Below are positions 8,246-15,522 of a DNA stretch of 20,000 nucleotides, piece by piece; the stretch's first letter is position 1; each line of letters begins with the position of its first letter. Below the pieces are notes generated by a model that was given only the letters and a program-made list of their open reading frames with translations, was not told the origin of the DNA and did no database searches. The position numbers and the translations under genes were made by a program. Source of the stretch: an uncultured virus (IMG/VR IMGVR_UViG_3300009788_000010) (Duplodnaviria > Heunggongvirae > Uroviricota > Caudoviricetes); the IMG/VR virus record IMGVR_UViG_3300009788_000010, one strand, 5' to 3'.

Positions 8246-8898
8246 GGCGAGCCTTCCTCGATCTGGCGGCGGAGCTGGACGATCTCGGGCTCAAGCGGGC
8301 CTCGCTCGTATTCAAACAGCTCGATGATCGCCATCGCCCTGTCCCGCTGCGACTCCAGCCCTATCGCCTCCCGTTCCATCCGGCGAATGGTGGCCAGCGC
8401 GCCCTCGGCCACGTTGGATTGGACGAGATCGATGGCGGGCAGCACGACCGCGCCCACCGTCGCGACGAGCAACGACCGCGAGGACGCGGGCAGCTCGTCG
8501 AACGGCACCCGCGAGTCGCCGCGCGTCTCGTAGCCGTGAGACGGCGCGAGCAGTTCGTAGGTCTCGTGGAACCGTTCCGCGAGCGCGATCGCGTCCTCCG
8601 CGTGCCTGTCGGATTGTTCGCCGTCCATGCACCCGCGCGATTGCACGGGCATCTCGGGCGTCGGCGGCTTGAAAGCGGAGATCGCGACCGGCGGCTGCGT
8701 GGACCCGCTCATGACCCGGAGCCAGACCCGGCCCTCCGCGGCTATCCTGTCCGTCTCGTCCTCGTCCAACTGCCAACACGAGACGCAGATGTTCCCGTCT
8801 GTCCATACGGGCAGCGGCAGCACCTCGCCCTCGCGGCCTTTCGGCGCCGTCCGCACTCCGTTCATCTCCTCGAATTCGACCGGAATCGCCATTTCCAT
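8242..8898 (-). CDS. Multi-domain phage hypothetical protein
   Basis: RBS AAAGGGAG; N-domain LPLPVWTDG.CVSCWQL...GRVWL...QPPV; second domain AERFHETYELLAPSHGYETR...VPFDELP. Both resemble widespread phage domains of unknown function. Confidence 0.75.
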   Translation of the reverse strand: MEMAIPVEFEEMNGVRTAPKGREGEVLPLPVWTDGNICVSCWQLDEDETDRIAAEGRVWLRVMSGSTQPPVAISAFKPPTPEMPVQSRGCMDGEQSDRHAEDAIALAERFHETYELLAPSHGYETRGDSRVPFDELPASSRSLLVATVGAVVLPAIDLVQSNVAEGALATIRRMEREAIGLESQRDRAMAIIELFEYERGPLEPEIVQLRRQIEEGSP

Positions 8899-8939
8899 GC
8901 TCCCTTTCGTTTGGTTCGGCCTTTCTTCGCCTTGAAGGG

Positions 8940-9260
8940 TGGCCTCAGGGTGGCCGTCAGCCGGCCTCGAAAAAACCGATTAAACGCCTCCGGACGCGTC
9001 GCCGCGGCCTCTGGACGCGTTCCAAGCCAGGGTGGTGGTGGTGGTGGTCGCAGGCGTGAGCCTTATACGGGCTTTTTCGTCGGAGGAAAACGGGCCCCGG
9101 CGAATAATTCGTAGAGCGGATTATCAACACCACCACCACCACCTTCATTAAAGTGTATATATATATATTGTTTATTCTCTTATGATACGCGGGTTTACGA
9201 CTTTCCAATCCAAGGATTTCAAGCGAAATCAGGGTGGTGGTGCACGGAAAAGTGTCGGGG
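8940..9260. other. AT-rich ori-like region with GGT/ACC repeats
   Basis: (GGT)6 at 9031-9048, inverted (ACC)5 at 9129-9143, AT tract with TATATATATATA at about 9144-9187, (GGT)3 at 9233-9241. Confidence 0.5.
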
Positions 9261-9336
9261 CCGTTCTCCGCATGGGGGAACGCGGCTGCGCCGCTATCTC
9301 CCCAAAACCATACGGGGGTGCGCGAGGGGGCGGGCG

Positions 9337-9603
9337 TCACGCGCGCCTCGTCCCCGGATAGGACAATTCGTCGACGATCGTCGCCGCCTCAAGACCGTTC
9401 CTGCTCGAGAGAAGCAGTTTGGCGATGCGCTTCCGATCCTGCGCCAACGCGGACCGCTTGACGTTGGGAATGGACCGCACCTGGCCGGCGAGCCACTCGA
9501 ATTCCGAATCCGACGTCGCGCACCTTATCCGCCGGCTCGCCTCGACGGCGAGCAGCCTCTCGTTCCGCACGCGGTCGGTCTTGGTCAGTTTCATCTTCTT
9601 CAC
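9337..9603 (-). CDS. Hypothetical protein
   Basis: GTGA overlap; shares an N-terminal module with 11309-11725. Confidence 0.6.
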   Translation of the reverse strand: MKKMKLTKTDRVRNERLLAVEASRRIRCATSDSEFEWLAGQVRSIPNVKRSALAQDRKRIAKLLLSSRNGLEAATIVDELSYPGTRRA

Positions 9604-9806
9604 AGGCCCTTCTCCCTTTGTCGCTGCATCCATTCCCTCCGCCGCGCGGCCTGTTTCCTCGCTTGGCAGACGCGGCACCGCTTCGAGCGCCTGCCCGACT
9701 TCGGCCAGAACGGCGCGTCGCAGTCCTCGCACAGCGCCGTCCGCGGGTCGCCTGAATGGCGCGTGGCGAATAGGAGGAGCTGATTCGCTGCGTGTTTCAA
9801 TCTCAC
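9600..9806 (-). CDS. Small zinc-ribbon protein
   Basis: RBS GGAGGAG; CEDC...CRVC and a basic helix. Confidence 0.65.
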   Translation of the reverse strand: MRLKHAANQLLLFATRHSGDPRTALCEDCDAPFWPKSGRRSKRCRVCQARKQAARRREWMQRQREKGL

Positions 9807-9820
9807 GAATCAGCTCCTCC

Positions 9821-10104
9821 TCACCTTGCCTCGCCTTGCCGCGCCCAACCGGACCAGACCTCACCCCGCCTTGCCGCGCCATGCCAGACCTGGCCTAGCC
9901 ACTTAAAACCTTGATTTGAGCGCCTTGCCATGCCAGACCCAACCACAACATGCCTCGCCTCGCCTCACCCAGCCTCGCCAGACCGCGCCTTGCCTTGCCA
10001 TGCCCTGCCTTGCCCGGCCTTGTTCCATCAAACCAAACCTTGCCTCGCCAAACCTAACCTCGCCTCGCCAGACCCAACCCGGCCTCACCAGACCAAACCT
10101 CGCC
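9821..10104 (-). ncRNA. GGY-NN pentamer array, three blocks (candidate guide RNAs, VIPR-like)
   Basis: Minus strand: 15 pentamers (10104-10030), linker GATGGAACAA, 20 pentamers with one GTT variant (10019-9920), linker TCAAATCAAGGTTTTAAGT, 16 pentamers (9900-9821). GGY is constant and NN varies. The repeat is directly visible; the RNA function is inferred. Confidence 0.85.
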
Positions 10105-10109
10105 TCGAC

Positions 10110-10646
10110 TTACGTCTTCCAGTCAGTCACCATGGAGCGCCCGAACGGGCCTTTGCGTTCCGGCCTGAAGTCGAGCAGCCCGACGCGCGCACCCATGTCG
10201 TCGACTACGCGTCGAAGTTCCGTCTCCTTCAAGAGCAAGTCGTCGTACTCGACCGTGAACGAGATCTTCCATTCGTCGATCCGCGGCCGGTGCCGTACGA
10301 CCCGACCGCCCGTCGCCGGCATCACGACGGCGCGGGAGTCGATCACGTACTCGTTGACGCCGAGCGGGATCCTCTCCGGCGACACCATCACACAGGCGGC
10401 GAAGGGCTTTTGGAGCGACGCGCGGCCCTTGCCCTTCGAGTACGTCGCCGCGCCGATCAGCGCCCTGTGCACCGCGACGCCGGGAACGTAGAGCCCGCCG
10501 CTGTTGGTGAGGTCGCGGTGCGCCCTGATCTCGCACTGCTCCTCGGGCGTCTTTTTGTCGAGTCCCTCCACTGGCACCAGCGGGAACTTATTCATGAGGA
10601 GGGGCGAGATGCCTTTGATGGTCACTTCGACTTTTTTGATTGCCAT
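10110..10646 (-). CDS. Stand-alone RAMP/Cas7-like protein (VIPR-like effector)
   Basis: N-terminal beta strand + SPLLM; LYVPGVAVHRALIGAA (cf. RAMP YIPGSSLKGALR); RVVRHRP; C-terminal Gly-rich loop GARVGLLDFRP..GPFGR; RBS AAAGGAA. Confidence 0.8.
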   Translation of the reverse strand: MAIKKVEVTIKGISPLLMNKFPLVPVEGLDKKTPEEQCEIRAHRDLTNSGGLYVPGVAVHRALIGAATYSKGKGRASLQKPFAACVMVSPERIPLGVNEYVIDSRAVVMPATGGRVVRHRPRIDEWKISFTVEYDDLLLKETELRRVVDDMGARVGLLDFRPERKGPFGRSMVTDWKT

Positions 10647-10665
10647 GGCTTCCTTTTCCTTTCTG

Positions 10666-11070
10666 TTATCGTCGGTCGTTGCATTCGAATGTCTTGAAAA
10701 TCGGCAACACCCATTCGGGCGTATGCGAGCGAGCGAAGACGACGACGCCGCGGGGCTGGACGAGCGACTGGCGCGCCACCCGCTGCCGCAGCGAGATCAT
10801 TGTCCGGCCCGTCGTCCAAACGTCGTCCAACAGGACGGGCACGCCGCCGGGCGCGGAGCCCTCGCCGACGTAGAGCGCGAGGACGTAGAGCGACTGGCAG
10901 GTCGTCGCGGCCGGCAACGTGACCGGCCCGTAGCCCTCGCCGCGCCGCTCCAGTTCGACGCGGATAACCTTCGCGAGGCCGCGAAGGCTCGAGACGGGCA
11001 GGTCGTCGAGTTCGATCTTGAACGGCAGTTCGACGCCCGCGCTCGAGGTGAACGTTCCGTAGCGTATCAT
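10666..11070 (-). CDS. Type I phosphoribosyltransferase (OPRT-like)
   Basis: PRPP-binding loop VLLDDVWTTGRTM; N-terminal GTFTSSAG.ELPFKIE; ATGA overlap. Confidence 0.75.
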   Translation of the reverse strand: MIRYGTFTSSAGVELPFKIELDDLPVSSLRGLAKVIRVELERRGEGYGPVTLPAATTCQSLYVLALYVGEGSAPGGVPVLLDDVWTTGRTMISLRQRVARQSLVQPRGVVVFARSHTPEWVLPIFKTFECNDRR

Positions 11071-11312
11071 CGCCTTAGCCTCCTTATCAGCCTGTCCCGC
11101 TCGCGTTCGAACGAACGGGCCAGCGCCGCCGCCCTGTCCGCGTCCCTGCGGTCGTTTCTTATCCTGAACGGGATGAACGCCGACAGCGCGACGATCAACG
11201 CAGCGTAGAGCAGCGCCGTCGTCCAGTCGCGGAACCAGACGGCGAAGCCCATTCCGATCCCGACGACCGCGACCAAGACATATTCGACCACCATCATCTT
11301 GATCTTCTTCAT
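11067..11312 (-). CDS. Two-TM membrane protein
   Basis: MKKIKMMVVEYVLVAVVGIGMGFAVWF...LLYAALIVALSAFIPF plus a charged tail; ATGA overlap. Confidence 0.65.
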   Translation of the reverse strand: MKKIKMMVVEYVLVAVVGIGMGFAVWFRDWTTALLYAALIVALSAFIPFRIRNDRRDADRAAALARSFERERDRLIRRLRR

Positions 11313-11725
11313 GACAGCGCCTTCTTCCGCCCGACATGGGCCTCGTCCACGAATCCGTCCGTCATCCACGCCTCGACCGCCCGCTCCATCGCCTCCTCGA
11401 GCGTGTCGCCCGTCGCCTGGATGTAGACGCGGCCGCAGTCGGCGCGGTCGTGCTTCTCCTTGTCCTGCGGCAGGTAGTTGGAGATCCGCACGAGCCACGG
11501 CGGCCGCAGCTTCACGCGGTACGTGATCTGCGCCGTGCGCCCGATGTCGGTCAGCCATTCCTCCAACTCCGCCACGGTCTCTGCGAACCGGCCGCTGCGC
11601 GGCCTCGGCTTTGACAGGTCGCGGATTTTCTGCACGAGCCATTCGAACTCGGCCGTCGTCAGCGCGCCCTCGACCTCCCACCAGCTCTCTATCTCCAGGA
11701 GCCTCTTGTCCGTCGCCCTACTCAT
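11309..11725 (-). CDS. Hypothetical protein
   Basis: RBS GAGGGG; normal composition; coupled to its neighbours. Confidence 0.7.
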   Translation of the reverse strand: MSRATDKRLLEIESWWEVEGALTTAEFEWLVQKIRDLSKPRPRSGRFAETVAELEEWLTDIGRTAQITYRVKLRPPWLVRISNYLPQDKEKHDRADCGRVYIQATGDTLEEAMERAVEAWMTDGFVDEAHVGRKKALS

Positions 11726-11930
11726 CGTCCACCCCCTCGCACTCGTCGAGCAGCGACCACCACTGGTCGCATCGTATGGTCACGTCGCCGTGGAATCCCT
11801 TGCCGTCCCACAGGCCGCGCGTTTGAAGGCCCACCATCCAGCCGGCCTGCGAGCCCGAATAGTCCTGCGGCGGTATCGCGGGCGTCGGCTCCGGGCAGCC
11901 CTTCCCCTCGCACTCGTGAGACTTCCTCAT
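11718..11930 (-). CDS. Hypothetical protein
   Basis: ATGA overlap; 70 aa. Confidence 0.55.
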   Translation of the reverse strand: MRKSHECEGKGCPEPTPAIPPQDYSGSQAGWMVGLQTRGLWDGKGFHGDVTIRCDQWWSLLDECEGVDDE

Positions 11931-12154
11931 GCGTGCACCTTCAGCGCGTCGACGCCTTCGAGGATCTCCTTCGCGTCGCCGCCGCGGCGGACCAGGCCGC
12001 GGAACGCGGAGCGGCCCGCCCGCGTCGTCAGGCCGTCGCGTTGAAGGATCTCGAGGAGCGCCGGCTGCGCCGCGTCCTCGCGCTTGGACCGCCGACGCGC
12101 CCGCGCCGCGGCCTTGCTCCTCAGCTTGTTCCTACGGCTTTCCAAGTTCTTCAT
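11927..12154 (-). CDS. Small basic hypothetical protein
   Basis: RBS GGAGGT; 75 aa. Confidence 0.6.
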   Translation of the reverse strand: MKNLESRRNKLRSKAAARARRRSKREDAAQPALLEILQRDGLTTRAGRSAFRGLVRRGGDAKEILEGVDALKVHA

Positions 12155-12416
12155 CGCTTACCTCCATTGGCGCTTTCGACGCCGGTTTCCTGTCGAAGAA
12201 TTGCGTGCCGTCCTTCTTGCGGTGGCCGAGCGTCCGCTCCGCCCATCTGATGTCCGTGCCCTTGACCGCGAGCCGGTGGCGGCGCGTCCGCTCGTGCTTG
12301 TGGATCGCCGCCGGGTCGCGCGCGGGGATCACGGCTTCGCACACCGTACAGTTGAGGGGGCGGTCGAGTCGGCTCGCGCCCCTCTTGCTCTTGCGGTGCT
12401 TCGTCCTTGAGGACAT
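12132..12416 (-). CDS. C2H2 zinc-finger protein (matrin/U1-like spacing)
   Basis: CTVC...HERTRRH; RBS GAGGAG. Confidence 0.65.
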   Translation of the reverse strand: MSSRTKHRKSKRGASRLDRPLNCTVCEAVIPARDPAAIHKHERTRRHRLAVKGTDIRWAERTLGHRKKDGTQFFDRKPASKAPMEVSDEELGKP

Positions 12417-12440
12417 TTTGAAATCTCCTCGAAAAAAAAA

Positions 12441-12497
12441 ATTTTACCCGCCCGCCGCGTCTCGCAAGGTGTCGTTTGGGAGTTCGCGGCGGGCGGG
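12441..12497 (-). promoter_or_regulatory. Candidate promoter overlapped by a 13-bp inverted repeat
   Basis: TTGCGA-N15-TAAAAT on the minus strand (short spacer); IR CCCGCCCGCCGCG at 12447-12459 and 12485-12497, followed on the minus strand by a T-run, so it could also act as a terminator. Confidence 0.45.
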
Positions 12498-12557
12498 CGC
12501 GGAGTCTCGCGTCATGCCTGATCGGCGTCGTGCGGCCCCGCTTTAACTTCGATTTTT

Positions 12558-12731
12558 CTACCTTCGCGAGCCAGTGCCGCCGCAGACACGGCAGCGCCGC
12601 TGCGCTCGCAGGGCGTTGTCGTACGCCCTCTTGAGTTCGGTCAAGCGCGGATTGTTCGAATCCACGACGTCCAGCGACGACAGCGCCTCCAGGCAGCGGT
12701 TCTCGCACTCGCACGCGACGGGCTTAATCAC
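12558..12731 (-). CDS. 57-aa Cys-rich protein
   Basis: Not in ORF track. GTG with RBS AGGAGGAGG; MIKPVACECENRC...CRVCGGTGSRR. Confidence 0.55.
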   Translation of the reverse strand: MIKPVACECENRCLEALSSLDVVDSNNPRLTELKRAYDNALRAQRRCRVCGGTGSRR

Positions 12732-12969
12732 TTGCCTCCTCCTTCTTGACGGTTCTCGGCATCGAGGCGTTGAGGTCCGCGACGGTCATCGGCTTGCGGG
12801 CCCTCTTGACCATCAAGCGATACCTCCAATGGTCGTTCTGCTGCTTCGGCGTCGGCACGTTCGACTCTTGCTGCCAGTTGGCCGGGTTGTTCATCGCGAG
12901 GAATGACGAGTGGTCGCGGGAGGGCTTCATACCGCCTCGCGAATGGCCTTGGCCTTTCATCTTCGCCAT
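12724..12969 (-). CDS. Small basic protein
   Basis: MAKMKGQG...MTVADLNASMP; starts 2 nt after the upstream stop. Confidence 0.6.
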   Translation of the reverse strand: MAKMKGQGHSRGGMKPSRDHSSFLAMNNPANWQQESNVPTPKQQNDHWRYRLMVKRARKPMTVADLNASMPRTVKKEEASD

Positions 12970-12971
12970 TC

Positions 12972-13391
12972 CTAATCCTCTTTCGAGTCCGGCACGTACA
13001 CAGTCAGGTTGAGGATGGCGGGCGTGCCCCTGATCTTGTGGAGCCCGCCGCTGCTCGCGATGATGTCGCTCTTGCCCTTGGTGCTCCGCCCGCGGCGTTG
13101 CGACATGTCCACCACGGCGACGAGGAACTTGCCGTTGCGCGAGTAGCGCACGTTCCGGCCCGCCTCGACCCATGCGACCGCCCGGCCGTGCGCCTCGGGG
13201 AACTCGCAGTGGCCGCACGGGCCGAGGTCGGCTCGCGATGACGCGGGCGAGGACTCCATCGCCATCTCCGCTATCAGGTTGCGGATGGGGATGAGCGCGT
13301 CGAGAAGTTCGCCTATGTCCGGCGGCGGGAAGACCTTGCGGTCTGCGTTCATCATCTCGTTCAAGATCGCGACCGCTTCTTCCGGCGTCAT
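12972..13391 (-). CDS. Hypothetical protein with conserved small C-terminal beta domain
   Basis: RBS GAGGGAG, ATGA overlap; C-terminal VDMSQRRGRSTKGKSDIIASSGG...LNLTVY resembles a widespread family of unknown function. Confidence 0.7.
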   Translation of the reverse strand: MTPEEAVAILNEMMNADRKVFPPPDIGELLDALIPIRNLIAEMAMESSPASSRADLGPCGHCEFPEAHGRAVAWVEAGRNVRYSRNGKFLVAVVDMSQRRGRSTKGKSDIIASSGGLHKIRGTPAILNLTVYVPDSKED

Positions 13392-13807
13392 TGCGTCTCC
13401 CTCTCTCCTTCGGTCGCGCGGCGTGCGTACGCCCTCGCCGAGAGCTGATCCGCCCACTTCACGCATTCGAGAAGCCGGCGGGCGTAATCGCGCTGCCACT
13501 CGTTCCCGTACTTGAGAACATACTCCAGCCCGCTCTCGATCGCCCGTATCGGGAGGAGCGCGTGCGGGTCCGCCTCCGAGGCGGCGTCGCCGTGCATCGC
13601 CATCAAGGCCGCCGTCAGCCCATTCGCCCTATAGGCGGACAGGACGCGCCAGTCGTCCGGCGTCTCCTGCCTCCGTTTCGCGGCGAGCCCCGCGGCCGTG
13701 CTCGAGGGCTCGAGGACGAACTCCTGTTGGACGCGGCCGTTGAAAAGAACGTGGACTAGCACCACGCGGTACAGGTCGCAGTTGAAGTAGCCCGCGTGAT
13801 CGGTCAT
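13388..13807 (-). CDS. Hypothetical protein
   Basis: RBS GGAGGAG, ATGA overlap. Confidence 0.7.
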   Translation of the reverse strand: MTDHAGYFNCDLYRVVLVHVLFNGRVQQEFVLEPSSTAAGLAAKRRQETPDDWRVLSAYRANGLTAALMAMHGDAASEADPHALLPIRAIESGLEYVLKYGNEWQRDYARRLLECVKWADQLSARAYARRATEGERETQ

Positions 13808-14430
13808 GATCGGTTCTCCTCCGCCAGTCTCGCAAGCCGAGGCAACGCACTCGCGTCCACCACGACCGCGCCGTCCTTGTCACGGCGGTTGACGTCGCGG
13901 TTCTTGCCGCGGATGGCGCGCTGGACAGCTTGGTCCAGCTTGTCCGTGTCGAGGCCGAAGTCCGCGAAGCCCCGCATGATGACCTTCAGGTACATGTCGC
14001 CCGGCGGAGCGACGCCGCCGCTGTTCATCTTGTAGAACAGCACGGGCTCGACCTTGCCGCCGCCCGTCTTGACGAGGAAGAACTCCTTGCGGTACAGCGT
14101 CGGCCAGCCCTCATACAGATCCAGCATTCGCTCGCACTGCGGCGTGATCGCGAAGAGGCCGCCCTCCACGCGGTCGCGATGGCAGACCTCGATGTCCGCG
14201 ACGCCGCGAAACGCCAGCCGCCAGTTCGGCAGCACGAGCCGTCCGACCGGCTCGGCGAGCGGGCAGCGTTGGCTCATGTGGTCCTTGTGGAGGTTGGAGC
14301 CGTACGCGAAGTAGAGCGCCCGCGGCAGTCCGTCCTCGCCGCGCAGCGTGTACCGCGGCTCGATGCCGCGCTCCGCGCTCGCCTTCGCGCGCATCCTCTT
14401 GAGGTGCGCCTTCCTGTTCTTCTTGCTCAT
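13804..14430 (-). CDS. Gamma-glutamylcyclotransferase (AIG2-like)
   Basis: LYFAYGSNL...MSQRCP, LAFRGVADI, LDLYEGWPTLY; TAATG overlap. Confidence 0.9.
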   Translation of the reverse strand: MSKKNRKAHLKRMRAKASAERGIEPRYTLRGEDGLPRALYFAYGSNLHKDHMSQRCPLAEPVGRLVLPNWRLAFRGVADIEVCHRDRVEGGLFAITPQCERMLDLYEGWPTLYRKEFFLVKTGGGKVEPVLFYKMNSGGVAPPGDMYLKVIMRGFADFGLDTDKLDQAVQRAIRGKNRDVNRRDKDGAVVVDASALPRLARLAEENRS

Positions 14431-14729
14431 TACGCCTTGTCCCCTTCCGCGTCGCCGCGGTGTTCGGCCAGTTGCATCAGAATCTCGACGAGCGACGCGC
14501 CCGTCCAGCACTCTTCGTCCTCCGCCCAGAGATCGCCCGCCTCCCAGACCGCGAGCGTCTGCTCGACCGTCAGGGGCTCGCTCGCGACGAGCCAAACGAT
14601 CGAGTCCACTTCGTCCTGCGGCACCGCGTGGATGTGCGTGCCCGCGGCGCTGACGGCGTTCTGCACGTCGCGCGCGTCCATGCAGCCCTTCCAGTCGCAG
14701 CTTACCATCGCGATCTTGAGTTCGCTCAT
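14430..14729 (-). CDS. Acidic hypothetical protein
   Basis: RBS AAGGAG before MSELKIAMVSCDWK. Confidence 0.65.
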   Translation of the reverse strand: MSELKIAMVSCDWKGCMDARDVQNAVSAAGTHIHAVPQDEVDSIVWLVASEPLTVEQTLAVWEAGDLWAEDEECWTGASLVEILMQLAEHRGDAEGDKA

Positions 14730-14810
14730 CTCATTCTCCTTGCTCAAGCGATCATCGCTTCCCGCCGCCATCCGCGCACGGCGGGAAGAGTCATCGCGCG
14801 AACGCGGCGA

Positions 14811-15086
14811 CTAGCTGATGGCGGGCGGCCCGCCGGCGATCGGCACGCGGAAGCCGTCCTCCTCCAGCTCTGCGACGGGCTCCTGCCCCTCGACGCGCAC
14901 GCGGCCGACGCACGTCACGCGGTCGCCCTCGACCACGGTCAGGCCGGTGACGGGCAGCTCGCAGAGGACGCCCGTCTCCGTGTCCATCAGGACCGCGTGG
15001 CAGGAGTCGCCGACCACGCACGTGCGGATGATGACCGCCTCGCCGCCGCTCGGCGAGACCACCTTGATTCCCTTGAGTCCGATCAT
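14811..15086 (-). CDS. Hypothetical protein
   Basis: RBS AAGGAG before MIGLKGIKVV (alternative start 15101). Confidence 0.65.
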   Translation of the reverse strand: MIGLKGIKVVSPSGGEAVIIRTCVVGDSCHAVLMDTETGVLCELPVTGLTVVEGDRVTCVGRVRVEGQEPVAELEEDGFRVPIAGGPPAIS

Positions 15087-15107
15087 CTCGTTCTCCTTCA
15101 TCAGGCT

Positions 15108-15193
15108 GTCTCATCAGGAGTTGGGAACCTAACCCAACTCTACCGAGGATCGCGGGCTGCGCTTCTACCACACGTCCTCGGTTTCGACTTAGG
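15108..15193 (-). ncRNA. Type II hammerhead ribozyme
   Basis: Minus strand: GUC-GAAA-CCGAGGA...UCCUCGG-UA-GAGUUGGG-UUAGGUU-CCCAACUC-CUGAUGA-GAC. All core nucleotides and three stems are present; upstream CCUAA is complementary to loop I UUAGG. Confidence 0.9.
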
Positions 15194-15216
15194 GCATTGT
15201 GCCTTCAGTCCTCCTT

Positions 15217-15510
15217 TCAGTCTTCGAAGGAGACGCGGAACACGAAGGCCGTGATGCCCGTCTCCTCGTGCGTGGCGCTGTCGACGAAGGGCGCGGTCTT
15301 CTCCCACTTCAGCTCGCCCTCGGCGAACTCCAGGATCTCCGCGCTCTCGTCCTGCTCCGCCATCGCCTTCTCCATCGCAACTTGGGCGGCGTCCTTCGCC
15401 GCCTCCCGCGTGACGAACGCGCGCTCCGGCAGGATGGACGCGATCGTTCTCACGTCATCCTCCAGCGCGGCCCAGTCCGCGAGCATGTAGACGTATGTCG
15501 TCCTCTCCAT
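15217..15510 (-). CDS. Acidic hypothetical protein
   Basis: RBS GAGGAGG; 97 aa. Confidence 0.7.
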   Translation of the reverse strand: MERTTYVYMLADWAALEDDVRTIASILPERAFVTREAAKDAAQVAMEKAMAEQDESAEILEFAEGELKWEKTAPFVDSATHEETGITAFVFRVSFED

Positions 15511-15522
15511 CTCCGTTCCTCC

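Noticed and set aside
9903..10088. 61-aa ORF (and plus-strand 9916-10491, 9930-10697) across the pentamer array
   Set aside because: Translation of a 5-nt-period repeat with no RBS; the plus-strand ORFs are antisense to the RAMP gene.
9821..10104. Array as a CRISPR array or simple microsatellite
   Set aside because: No 25-40-bp repeats with unique spacers; NN positions are too diverse, with GGY held fixed, for slippage alone.
14748..14799. Hairpin with flanking GAUGA motifs, possibly k-turn or box C/D-like
   Set aside because: The stem (CTTCCCGCCG/CGGCGGGAAG) is real, but it is single-copy with no clean consensus and no array.
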